DNA of 47,801 nucleotides. It comes from an uncultured Hyphomicrobiales bacterium (lineage in GTDB: Bacteria; Pseudomonadota; Alphaproteobacteria; UBA828; JAPUJA01). Under the pieces are notes generated by a model, which was given only the letters and a program-made list of their open reading frames with translations, was not told the origin of the DNA and searched no databases. Below are positions 7,728 to 16,322 of the stretch, piece after piece. A program made the position numbers and the translations under genes. The stretch is from positions 1 through 47,801 of the forward strand of contig CAZVZP010000001.1 in the NCBI GenBank assembly GCA_964631625.1. The letters run 5' to 3'. Numbering within the stretch: the first letter of the stretch is position 1; each line of letters begins with the position of its first letter.

Positions 7728-8543
7728 CTAACGCAGATAGCGGAAGGCGCGCCGATGGAGGTAGCGGATCGCCTGGTCGGTGACGAGTCCGATGATGCCG
7801 ATCGCGAGCACGCCCGCGATCACCTCCGGGGTCTTGCCGAAGCGGCGCGAGGCCCAGATCACGTGCCCGATGCCGTCGTTGGAGGCAACGATCTCCGCAA
7901 CGATGACGTAGGACCAGCACCAGCCGAGAGTGATCCTCAAGTTGTCCACCATGGTGGGCAGCATGGCGGGCAGCACGATCGAGCGCATGACTTGGCGCGA
8001 TTTCGCGCCGAGCGTGTACCCGATCTCGGCATACTCGTGGGGGACGCGTCGCGCGTCATCGGCGATCAGGAGCACGAGCTGGAAGAAGGTGCCCATCCAG
8101 AGGAGCGCGATCTTGGCCACCTCGCCGATGCCGAGCCAGATCACCGTCAAGGGCACGAGCGCCGGCACCGGCAGATAACGGACGAGGTCGATCACCGGCT
8201 CGCTCATGCCGCCGACGATCCGGAAGCTGCTCATGAAGACGCCGAGCGGGATCGCCATGAGCGCCGAGATCACGAAGGCCACGCCGACCCGGAAAATGCT
8301 GATGCCGATGTCGTGGATGAAATCGAAGTCGCGGAAGAGGCGCACGAAGGCCGCCACGATCTCCCAGGGCGCCGGCAGGAACTGCGCCTTGATCAGGCCC
8401 AGCTGAGTGATCGCGATCCACAGGAGTATCGCGGCCACGAAGGCGGCGACGGCGAGCCCGAGCTCGATCGTGCGCGTGGTCGTGCCCCGGAAAATGAACA
8501 GGGATTTCCAGGGCGAGGGCGCATTGGGGTCCCGCTGTGGCAT
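7728..8543 (-). CDS. ABC transporter permease (TauC/SsuC-like)
   Basis: 271-aa hydrophobic ORF with multiple predicted TM segments. Lies directly upstream of the ATPase gene. Confidence 0.85.
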   Translation of the reverse strand: MPQRDPNAPSPWKSLFIFRGTTTRTIELGLAVAAFVAAILLWIAITQLGLIKAQFLPAPWEIVAAFVRLFRDFDFIHDIGISIFRVGVAFVISALMAIPLGVFMSSFRIVGGMSEPVIDLVRYLPVPALVPLTVIWLGIGEVAKIALLWMGTFFQLVLLIADDARRVPHEYAEIGYTLGAKSRQVMRSIVLPAMLPTMVDNLRITLGWCWSYVIVAEIVASNDGIGHVIWASRRFGKTPEVIAGVLAIGIIGLVTDQAIRYLHRRAFRYLR

Positions 8544-8611
8544 CGCCTCCCCCGGAAACGAGGCGGGGACCGGATCGACGAGACCGGCCCCCGACCATCG
8601 TCACGAATTGA

Positions 8612-9634
8612 TCAGCGGGTGTGGCCGTCGAACAGGCCGACGAGCAGCGCGTTGCTCATGTGGTGCTGCGCATCGAGCGGGGCGTCGGCCGTCCCGTTCT
8701 CGACGTTGAGCTGCATGACCTGATCGAAGATGCCGAAGACCTCTCCGGGCGCGTCCGGCGTGCCGAAGTACTTCACGGCGTCCTCGTAGCTCGTGTACTT
8801 GCCGCCGGCGAGCGCCTCGGCCATCTCCTCGGGCGTCAGGTTGAAGAAGGTCGCCATGATCTTGGTGTCCTCCTCGGGATTCGCGAGGTAGTGGTCGACC
8901 GCCCGATAGATCGCCCGTAGATAGGCGCGGATGAGCTCGGGGTTTTTCTCGATCAGCTCGTTGTGGAAGAACCAGACGTCGAAGATCAGGCCCGGAAAAG
9001 CCGAGGAATCAACAAGCTTATAGGCTCCTTCGCGTCCGCTCTGCGAGACGATCTGGCTCATCACCGGCTCGTAGGAGGCGACCGCCATGATCGAGGGATC
9101 GCCGAACACCGCGACGCCATCGGCCGTCGCGATATGCACGGTGTTGACGTCCGCGAGCGTCATGCCGTTGCATTCATCCTTCAGCCGCTTCTGCAGCAGA
9201 AGGATGCCGGGAATCGTCGGCTCGAAGGCGACGGTCTTGCCCTTGAGATCGCACACGCTCTTAATCGAGCCGTCGACCACCACACCGTCGCCGCCCAGCG
9301 ACAGGTCCTCGGCCGCGACAATGGTGCCCATGGTGTCCGCCGTGCGCGGGCGGCTTTGGTACTCGCCGATAGTGCGCGAGTTGCAGTTGATGTGGCCCGC
9401 GTCCATGGCCGCAAGCTGAACCTGCAGGTCGTCGTCGAAGATGTACTCGACCTCGACCTCCTCCTCCTTGAAGTAGCCGAGGTCGTCGGCGAGTTTGTTG
9501 ATCCCCTGGAAGGGCCAGAAGGTGATGGCGCAGACGAGCTTGTCGAGGTCGACTGCGGCCGCGGGCTTGGGCGCTGCGCTCAAGGTTCCGAGCGCGATCA
9601 GCGCCGCCACGAGAATCGCGAAAATCCGAAGCAT
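8612..9634 (-). CDS. ABC transporter periplasmic substrate-binding protein (NMT1/THI5-like)
   Basis: The ORF track gives 8612..9760. The internal ATG at 9634 (MLRIFAILVAALIALGTLSAAPKPAAA, a signal peptide) is preceded by GGGAGG. Confidence 0.8.
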   Translation of the reverse strand: MLRIFAILVAALIALGTLSAAPKPAAAVDLDKLVCAITFWPFQGINKLADDLGYFKEEEVEVEYIFDDDLQVQLAAMDAGHINCNSRTIGEYQSRPRTADTMGTIVAAEDLSLGGDGVVVDGSIKSVCDLKGKTVAFEPTIPGILLLQKRLKDECNGMTLADVNTVHIATADGVAVFGDPSIMAVASYEPVMSQIVSQSGREGAYKLVDSSAFPGLIFDVWFFHNELIEKNPELIRAYLRAIYRAVDHYLANPEEDTKIMATFFNLTPEEMAEALAGGKYTSYEDAVKYFGTPDAPGEVFGIFDQVMQLNVENGTADAPLDAQHHMSNALLVGLFDGHTR

Positions 9635-9800
9635 GGCGAATGAGACCTCCCTTGTTTCTCTCACGGCGCAGCCGAGCGAAGGCCTCCGCCGCACCGGTCC
9701 GTGCCCGCCACCGCCGGGTGACGGGCCGCACGTCCCTGACGGCTCAAAGGATGACGCCAAAGACCCGCGCCAGCAACGAGTTTTCCGCCGCGCACGACGG

Positions 9801-9815
9801 TTAATCGTTTGTTAA
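9801..9815. promoter_or_regulatory. TTAA-N7-TTAA (CtrA-type) box upstream of the flhB-like/fliOP operon
   Basis: TTAAtcgtttgTTAA, about 95 bp upstream of the ATG at 9909. Lies in the divergent intergenic region shared with the ABC operon. TTAA is rare in this GC-rich sequence. Confidence 0.45.
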
Positions 9816-9908
9816 GCGGGGCTTACGCACAATCCGGCAAGGCTCGGCGGCGGGGCAGCCCGAAACACCCTGCCGTCGGCCCCTGCCAAGGGCCTCTTAG
9901 CGAACTCC

Positions 9909-10202
9909 ATGAGCGATTCCCGCCGCACCGACGCCGCCGCCGTGGCGCTGAAATACGAGCGGCCCAAGGATCCGGCGCCCCGGGTGACGGCCGCTGGGCG
10001 CGGCGCCGTGGCCGAGCAGATCATCGCTCTGGCCCTGGCCAACGGCGTCGCCGTGCGCGAGGACCACGACTTGGCCGAGCTCCTGGCCGAGCTCGAGATC
10101 AACAGCGTCATTCCGCTGCCGGCCTTTGCCGCGGTCGCGGAAATCCTCGCCTACCTCTATCGCCTGAACGGCGCCACTGCGGCGCAGGAGCGCAGCTCAT
10201 GA
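9909..10202 (+). CDS. Stand-alone FlhB C-terminal-domain-like protein (FlhX/YlqH-like, EscU/YscU family)
   Basis: 97 aa: AVALKYERPKDPAPRVTAAGRGAVAEQIIALALANGVAVREDHDLAELL...IPLPAFAAVAEILAYLY. It matches the part of FlhB that follows the NPTH cleavage site. No NPTH motif and no TM region. Confidence 0.8.
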   Translation: MSDSRRTDAAAVALKYERPKDPAPRVTAAGRGAVAEQIIALALANGVAVREDHDLAELLAELEINSVIPLPAFAAVAEILAYLYRLNGATAAQERSS

Positions 10203-10522
10203 GTGCGACCCTTGCCATCGATCAGCGGCTTCAGTCCGTGCGCGGCCGACTCAACGCCTTGCGCGCCGATCTCGACGCGGGACGGCCGGTGGATGCCGGG
10301 CCGCTCGCCGTCGAGGTCCACGCCCTCTGCCAGGACATGGCGCAGGCCGCGCGCCCCGACGCCCGCTCCCGGTTCAACGATCTGATTACGCTCTACGACG
10401 AGATCGAAGGCCTCCAGCGGGCGATGAAGGCCCAGCAGACCACCATCAAGAAGCAGCTGTCCCAGGTCACGGCGGGCCGCCAGGCCGCGCGCGCCTACGG
10501 CACACCGAAACCGACCCGTTAG
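10199..10522 (+). CDS. Hypothetical coiled-coil protein translationally coupled to the FlhB-like gene
   Basis: 107 aa (MSATLAIDQRLQSVRGRLNALRADL...). It is the last part of track ORF 9809..10522. ATGA overlap at 10199-10202. High GC3. No family recognised. Confidence 0.5.
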   Translation: MSATLAIDQRLQSVRGRLNALRADLDAGRPVDAGPLAVEVHALCQDMAQAARPDARSRFNDLITLYDEIEGLQRAMKAQQTTIKKQLSQVTAGRQAARAYGTPKPTR

Positions 10523-10550
10523 TCCGCACCAGCCACGCCCGCCCCGGGTC

Positions 10551-10901
10551 ATGGACTTCGACGCCTACTTAAGGTTCGCCCTCGCACTCGCGCTCGTGCT
10601 CGGGCTGATCGGCCTGGCCGCCTACCTGGCCCGGCGCTTCGGCCTGGGCACCCGCACGGGCCCGAGCGGGCCCAAGCGCGGCCGCCGGCTTGCCGTGCTC
10701 GAAGTCTTGCCGCTCGACCCCAAGCGGAGGCTGGTGCTCATCGCGCAGGATGAGAGCGAACATCTGTTGCTCTTGGGCCCGAGCCACGATCTCGTCATCG
10801 CGGGCCCGGGCGGCAACGCGCCGCAGCCTGATTTCCGCGCGGCCTTGGCCGAGGCCGCTCGAGGCACGGCACCCGAAGATGCCTCCGGCCCTCGTCCATG
10901 A
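10551..10901 (+). CDS. fliO: Flagellar biosynthesis protein FliO
   Basis: 116 aa. Single N-terminal TM segment (ALALALVLGLIGLAAYLARRF), then LAVLEVLPLDPKRRLVLI. Sits immediately upstream of fliP with an ATGA overlap. Confidence 0.8.
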   Translation: MDFDAYLRFALALALVLGLIGLAAYLARRFGLGTRTGPSGPKRGRRLAVLEVLPLDPKRRLVLIAQDESEHLLLLGPSHDLVIAGPGGNAPQPDFRAALAEAARGTAPEDASGPRP

Positions 10902-11644
10902 CCCGCCGGCTTCTGCTCGCGCTGGGGCTCGCCGCCGCCCTCGTCCTCCCGGCGGGGGCCGCCGGGGCTCAGGAGCTCACGCTCGACCTCGGCGGCGAAG
11001 AGGGCACGCTGACCGGCCAACTGTTCCGCCTGATCGCGCTCATCACGATCTTGAGCGTGGCGCCGGGCATTCTGGTCGTAGTCACCTCGTTCACCCGCAT
11101 CGTGATCGTCTTCTCTCTGCTGCGCAGCGCCCTCGGCTTGCAACAGACGCCGCCCAACATGGTCATCATCAGCCTCGCGCTGTTCTTGACCGCCTTCATT
11201 ATGGGCCCGACGCTCGAGAAGGCGTACGACGACGGCATCGCGCCCTTAATCGCCGAGGAGATCACGGAGGACGAGGCGTTCGATCGCACCGTCGCGCCGC
11301 TGCGCGGCTTCATGCTCAATCAGGTGCGCGAGAGCGACCTCGCGCTCTTCATGGACATGGCCGAGGAGCCCGCCGCCGAGGCGCCCGAAGAGATCTCGCT
11401 GCGCGCGCTCGTGCCCGCCTTCATGGTGAGCGAGTTGCGGCGCGCCTTCGAGATCGGCTTCCTGGTCTTCGTCCCGTTCCTGATCATCGACATGGTGGTG
11501 GCCTCGATTCTGCTGTCGATGGGCATGATGATGCTGCCGCCGGTCATGGTCTCGCTGCCCTTCAAGCTGATCTTCTTCGTGCTCGTCGATGGCTGGCACA
11601 TGCTGGCCGGCAGCCTGGTCGAGAGCTTCGTCTTCACGCCGTAG
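10898..11644 (+). CDS. fliP: Flagellar type III export apparatus protein FliP
   Basis: 248 aa with a signal peptide. Contains the conserved stretches SVAPGILVVVTSFTRIVIVFSLLRSALGLQQTPPNMVIISLALFLT and MMMLPPVMVSLPFKL. Confidence 0.95.
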   Translation: MTRRLLLALGLAAALVLPAGAAGAQELTLDLGGEEGTLTGQLFRLIALITILSVAPGILVVVTSFTRIVIVFSLLRSALGLQQTPPNMVIISLALFLTAFIMGPTLEKAYDDGIAPLIAEEITEDEAFDRTVAPLRGFMLNQVRESDLALFMDMAEEPAAEAPEEISLRALVPAFMVSELRRAFEIGFLVFVPFLIIDMVVASILLSMGMMMLPPVMVSLPFKLIFFVLVDGWHMLAGSLVESFVFTP

Positions 11645-11725
11645 GGCACGGCAAGGCGGCGCAACCCCGACTGCGAGCACCGGAGCACGATGCCCAAGCA
11701 TCGCGCGCAGTATCCAATTGAGGAT

Positions 11726-14700
11726 TTAATTGAGGCCCGAGAGGCCGGCTGTCTTGATCTTCTGCCGGTAACCTTCGAGGAACGCCTCGATGGGCGCGAT
11801 ATCGGAAACCGCGTCGACGAAGCTGAGGAACGGCATGTCGCTCGAGGGGTCGTTCGCCGTCGCGACGCGGAACGCCGCGCCATAGGCGCTGTCTCTCATC
11901 GCCTCGCCATAGTCGGCGGCAAGCGCCACCAGCTCTGCGCGCGCGCCCGACAACGCGAGCGCGAGCGCCAGCTTGGCCAGGTAAAGCTCGTCGTCCTTGG
12001 CGAACCCTGGGAGCGCACGAGCGCCGCCGTAGATGGGCAGGAGCGCGGCCGCGAGCGCGGCCCAATCGTTCCGGCTCCAGTAGATGTCGGCGGCGAGCCA
12101 CAGCGCCTCCTTGCGGCCGTCGCCGTCCAGCAGCGCCAGGGCCTCGCCGATCCGGCCGATGCCGAAGAGGGCCCGCGCTTCGAGCAGGCGGCGCTCGGCC
12201 GCCAGCGCCAACGGCATGGCCTCCTGGGCGATGTCACTGATCTTAAGGGCGTGGAGTGCGCCGCTGGCGTTGCCGTCGAGCAGCTGGATCACCGCGAGTC
12301 GCGTGCCGACCCGCGCCTTGTCGATGCCGGACAATCTCTGCTCGACCTGTGCCTCGAGAAGGGCCGTGGCGCGCGGCAGGAGATCCATCGCAACGAGCCG
12401 GTCGGCAAACGTACGCACCATGTCGTCGCCCTCACGCCCCTCGGGCGTCAGGTTGCGGAATTCGTAGAACAGTCCGGCAGCATCGACAGACCCGAGGCGG
12501 CCCTTCTTCGCCTCACCGTGCACCTCGACAAAGACCTCGGCCATCCGCTTCTTAATGACCGGGGTGAGCGGCGAGTCCTCGAAGCCTTCGGTTGCGGTGC
12601 GCCAGGCCGCGAGAGCCAAATCGTAGTTGCCCTGCTTGAGGTAAAGCTCGCCCAGCTTATCGAGCAGGCGCTGCTCGACTGCATCGCCGCGCCAACTGAA
12701 GCGAATCGATTCGAGCTCGGCGATCGCCTGCTCGTCGGTCAAGTTGCGCCGCCGCAGCAGCAGCTCCGTGCGTGCGATCCGGGCTTCCGCATGAGCCTCG
12801 CCCGAATCGCTCGCGATCACCTTGTCCCATGTGGCCAGCGCTCGCTCTGGATTGTTGAGCAGCGCGTAGGTGCAGCCGCGCAGGTAGTCGAAGTGGCCCT
12901 GAAGCGTCGCCGGATAGCCCGCCTCCTCGGCCTTGTTCAGGTGAAAGGCGGCGCGGACCGGATCGCGCAACTCGCAATCGGCTCGGGCGGCCGCGATCTC
13001 GATCCTTCCTCGCCAGGCCGTGGGCAGATCGAAGAAGGCCGCATCGGCTTCGCGGAACAGCTCCTTGGCCCGAACCCAGTCTCTACGCCCGGCGGCGGCG
13101 AGCCCGCGCCACAGCGCAATGTCGGGACGGCCCTCGAATGCCGGCAACGCGAGCGCCTGTTCCGCCTCCCTAAAGCGTTTGAGATGCACCAGCGCAACGC
13201 CCTTGAGCGCGTGGAACCGCGGCGAAGCCGCGGCGTTCGGGTCCTCGCGCTCGATCATTTCGAGCACGCCCAGGGCATCGGCGAAGAAATCGTTGGCCAC
13301 GTAGAACGAGGCGAGGTTGAGCCGCGCCGCGGTGCGGAATTCTTCGTCCACGAGCGCGAGCGCGCGCACCAGGCGAAGCCGGGTCTCTTCGACGGTCTTG
13401 ATGTCTGGCACGCGCCAAGCCTTGAGGTCGAGCGGCGGTTCCGCAAGACGGGCATCCGCGGCCGTCTCGGCGCTCGAGGGCGACAGAAAGAGACCACGCG
13501 CAGCGGTGATAACGACGCCCTCGCTCGCGGTCTCGACCCGCACGTCGTCGCGCAGGGGCCGCACCGCGACGCCCTGGGACGAGGCCAGCAGTTCGAACTC
13601 GCTGTACGCCCGCCCCGGCGCGACACCGTACCCGGGCTTCGACAGCGGCACGACGAGCAGACGATCGCCCACCTCCGGGTCGGTGAGAGCGAGAACGGGG
13701 CCGGCCGCCTGCTCCGGCACGACTACCCTCGCGATCCCCCCCTCCGTTGCTTCGACCCGAACGGGAAGCACGTGCTCGGGAGCCTGCGGGGCACGCGCGA
13801 TCTCAACGATCCAATCCTCGCCGGCTCGCTTTGCGCGGGCGTCGAAGCCGGGCGCGAGCTCGAAGCGCACGACGCTCGTGGGCTGCTGCTCGAGAACCTC
13901 GCCCGCTTCGATGCCGTGAGCGCGCAACCACGGCGCCTCGAGATCCGGCAGCACCAGCGAGCGGGCCTGATCGAACACGAGCCAAAGATGGGCCCCGCGC
14001 CGGAACAGGGCGGCGGCGCTCGGGCGATCCCAGGCGAAGCGGAGTTCGAGCCCGGTGTCCTTCGGCAGCAGGCTGACGCCGATGCCCGGAGCGCTCACCG
14101 AAGCCGCCGGCGCGATCAGGGGCGCCGGGCCGGCGCTCAAGGCTTTCGGCGCCGATCCCGGTGTGGCAACCGGCGCCGGTGCCGTGCTCGCGGGCTCGGC
14201 TGCGCGTTCTTGAGGACCCGCCGCTGGAGCAAGCGCCACGAGCGACGTCGGATAGGCGGGATTCGCCGACAAGGCTTCGGGGCGATCGCCAAGCGAGGCG
14301 ACACTCCAGGGGACGGCTTCGGCTTCGAGCGCCGTCGCCGGAATCGGCTCAACGGGCCGGGTTAAATCGAGCGCCACGGCGGGCCCGTCCGTGAAGGCGT
14401 GGTATTCGGTCGAGGGCGGTACCCGCAGGTTGACCGTCAGCGAATCCTCGAGGCGATCGACCCGCCCGGGCCGCACCCAATCGGGCAGGCGCTCAGCGAG
14501 GCTGCCCGCATCGAGCGCCCCCGCGCGGTCGAAGCGGATGGCCAGGGCTTCGGCCTCGCGCTCGATGACGAACCCGACGGGCTCAGGCCAGTCGAACACG
14601 ATGCGATCGAAACCATCGTGCGCGCCGACGCGCACGCCGACCCTTTCGAGCGGTTCCTGCCCGGCGGTTCGAGCCGGTGCCGCACCCTCGTAAAAATCGA

Positions 14701-15064
14701 CCACGACCAGCTGATCGTAGGCAGAGGCGCGGTACTCGACACCTTCCTTGAGTCGAAGCACGAGGACCCGTGGATCGCCCGAGGAAGACAGGCCCTCCAG
14801 ATAATCGGACAAGGTCTCGAGCGCCAGGGCGGGATCGATCGGCGCCGGCCGCTCGAAGCGCAGGTGCAGCTCGCGACCCCGCTGCTCCGCCCCATAGCCG
14901 GTCGGTTCGCTCCACTCGAAGACGAGGCGGCCAAAGCCCTCGTGCAGGCCGCTGCGCGTCGTCACCGTCGCCGCTTGGGAAGCGGCGCAGACGGAGAGGG
15001 CAAGCGCGACGGCGGCGGCCGATGCGAAAAATCCTGCGATCCGATGAAGGATGCTACCGATCAT
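11726..15064 (-). CDS. Secreted 1112-aa protein with two N-terminal AMIN-like repeats, an Ala/Pro-rich linker and a long TPR region
   Basis: Signal peptide MIGSILHRIAGFFASAAAVALALSVCAASQAA. Residues 33-125 and 141-234 form an obvious internal repeat (R.G.H.GF.R.VF.W.EP.G...RF.R). The C-terminal two thirds are TPR-like helical repeats. Co-directional with cheY-cheZ. Confidence 0.8.
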   Translation of the reverse strand: MIGSILHRIAGFFASAAAVALALSVCAASQAATVTTRSGLHEGFGRLVFEWSEPTGYGAEQRGRELHLRFERPAPIDPALALETLSDYLEGLSSSGDPRVLVLRLKEGVEYRASAYDQLVVVDFYEGAAPARTAGQEPLERVGVRVGAHDGFDRIVFDWPEPVGFVIEREAEALAIRFDRAGALDAGSLAERLPDWVRPGRVDRLEDSLTVNLRVPPSTEYHAFTDGPAVALDLTRPVEPIPATALEAEAVPWSVASLGDRPEALSANPAYPTSLVALAPAAGPQERAAEPASTAPAPVATPGSAPKALSAGPAPLIAPAASVSAPGIGVSLLPKDTGLELRFAWDRPSAAALFRRGAHLWLVFDQARSLVLPDLEAPWLRAHGIEAGEVLEQQPTSVVRFELAPGFDARAKRAGEDWIVEIARAPQAPEHVLPVRVEATEGGIARVVVPEQAAGPVLALTDPEVGDRLLVVPLSKPGYGVAPGRAYSEFELLASSQGVAVRPLRDDVRVETASEGVVITAARGLFLSPSSAETAADARLAEPPLDLKAWRVPDIKTVEETRLRLVRALALVDEEFRTAARLNLASFYVANDFFADALGVLEMIEREDPNAAASPRFHALKGVALVHLKRFREAEQALALPAFEGRPDIALWRGLAAAGRRDWVRAKELFREADAAFFDLPTAWRGRIEIAAARADCELRDPVRAAFHLNKAEEAGYPATLQGHFDYLRGCTYALLNNPERALATWDKVIASDSGEAHAEARIARTELLLRRRNLTDEQAIAELESIRFSWRGDAVEQRLLDKLGELYLKQGNYDLALAAWRTATEGFEDSPLTPVIKKRMAEVFVEVHGEAKKGRLGSVDAAGLFYEFRNLTPEGREGDDMVRTFADRLVAMDLLPRATALLEAQVEQRLSGIDKARVGTRLAVIQLLDGNASGALHALKISDIAQEAMPLALAAERRLLEARALFGIGRIGEALALLDGDGRKEALWLAADIYWSRNDWAALAAALLPIYGGARALPGFAKDDELYLAKLALALALSGARAELVALAADYGEAMRDSAYGAAFRVATANDPSSDMPFLSFVDAVSDIAPIEAFLEGYRQKIKTAGLSGLN

Positions 15065-15160
15065 GCGCCCTTTCCGGCCCGTGAGCCGGCCGAGCCCCAG
15101 GCCATCGCCGCCTCGTGGCGCCGCGCGGCACGGCGCTTCCCGGCGCCGCGCGCCGGAGCG

Positions 15161-15793
15161 CTAATCGAAGTTGGCCAGAAGCGCGTCGATCTCGGCCTGG
15201 CGGTTCGCGTCTTCCGGCAGCTGCGGTCCGCTCAGGAGCCCCTTGGCGTCCGCCGGATCGGCCGGAGCCTTCTTCGGTCGCGCCGGGGCCTCGATGCCGA
15301 AGACATGGAGCAGCTTGTCGAGCTCCTCCTCGATGTGCTTGAGCGTCTTGACGACCTTCGTGATGCGCTGGCCGGTGATGTCCTGAAAGTTGCAGGCCTC
15401 ATAAATCCGGGTCACCGACTCGCGGATCGGATCGCGGAGCTTGGGATCGGTATCGCTCACGAGCCTGTCGATCGTCTCCGCGTTGTCGAGGATCTGGGTC
15501 GTCGCCTCCTCGGTGTGCGTGATGATCGCGTCGAGCTGATCGGCCGCCGCCGGTAATTCGTCGTGCCGCAGCTCCGCCGGCGACAGCTCAGAGATCTCTT
15601 CTCTCGCACGGTTGATGTAGGCCGCGAGCTGCTCGAGCTCCCGGTAGAGCCGCAGATCGAGGCCGGTCAGATCGCCCTCGAGCGAGCCTAGGAGCTGCTC
15701 GACCACCTCGGCGATCTCTTCGACCGGGACGCGCTCGCCCCGCTCGGCCTTGAGCTCGTTCAGCCGCCGTTCAAAAGAGATGTCCGCCGCCAT
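15161..15793 (-). CDS. cheZ: CheY-P phosphatase CheZ (alphaproteobacterial type)
   Basis: ATG at 15793 (MAADISFERR); the track ORF starts at GTG 15802. Active-site region is NFQDITGQRITKV. The acidic C-terminal peptide EIDALLANFD resembles the CheY-binding tail. Confidence 0.8.
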   Translation of the reverse strand: MAADISFERRLNELKAERGERVPVEEIAEVVEQLLGSLEGDLTGLDLRLYRELEQLAAYINRAREEISELSPAELRHDELPAAADQLDAIITHTEEATTQILDNAETIDRLVSDTDPKLRDPIRESVTRIYEACNFQDITGQRITKVVKTLKHIEEELDKLLHVFGIEAPARPKKAPADPADAKGLLSGPQLPEDANRQAEIDALLANFD

Positions 15794-15837
15794 GGTTCTC
15801 ACACGCCCCTCTCGACCGCCCCGTCTGCCATCGGCCC

Positions 15838-16224
15838 CTAGAGCGGGCCGAGAACGCTTTCGATCTTGGCCTTCAAGGTCTCCGCATTGAACGGCTTGAC
15901 GATGTAGTTACTGACGCCGGCCTCCTTCGCTGCGATCACGTTCTCGGTCTTGCTTTCCGCCGTGACCATAATGAAGGGCAGCTTCTTGAGCTTCGCGTCG
16001 GCGCGCACTTCCTTGAGCAGCTGGAGGCCGGTCATCGGCTCCATGTTCCAATCGGAAATCACGAGCCCGAAATTGCCGCCGCGCAGCTTGCCCAGCGCCG
16101 TACTGCCGTCGGTGGCGTCGTGGACGTTCGTGAACTGCAGCTGATTCAAGAGATTCGTCACGATTCGGATCATCGTCTTGTAGTCGTCGACGACCAGAAC
16201 CGCCATATTCTTGTCGACCGCCAT
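15838..16224 (-). CDS. cheY: Chemotaxis response regulator CheY (single receiver domain)
   Basis: 128 aa from ATG 16224, with GGAG upstream. Receiver residues are VVDDYKTM, ISDWNMEPMTG, TAES and IVKPF. Confidence 0.9.
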   Translation of the reverse strand: MAVDKNMAVLVVDDYKTMIRIVTNLLNQLQFTNVHDATDGSTALGKLRGGNFGLVISDWNMEPMTGLQLLKEVRADAKLKKLPFIMVTAESKTENVIAAKEAGVSNYIVKPFNAETLKAKIESVLGPL

Positions 16225-16301
16225 GATTCCGCTCCGCGTCCCCACAATGACAGAACTGCCGCGCACCCGTGAAAGACGGACACGACCGTAATCCGAAGCC
16301 G

Positions 16302-16316
16302 TTAATGCCCGGTTAA
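16302..16316. promoter_or_regulatory. TTAA-N7-TTAA (CtrA-type) box upstream of cheY
   Basis: TTAAtgcccggTTAA, between the motE stop (16323) and the cheY start (16224). The flank GAAGCCGTTAA is shared with the box at 24276. Confidence 0.4.
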
Positions 16317-16322
16317 GGACGA

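Noticed and set aside
9635-9800. A TPP or other riboswitch in the 165-nt leader of the NMT1/THI5-like binding-protein gene.
   Set aside because: I could not find the conserved TPP-riboswitch elements (CUGAGA, ACCUGAUCUGGAUAAUGCCAGCG-like) by eye. A covariance-model scan would be needed to exclude it.
11715-11734. A short direct repeat AATTGAGG x2 at the fliP/TPR convergent junction.
   Set aside because: It is only 8 nt and the second copy overlaps the TPR gene stop. There are no flanking inverted repeats or a transposase to suggest a mobile-element scar.
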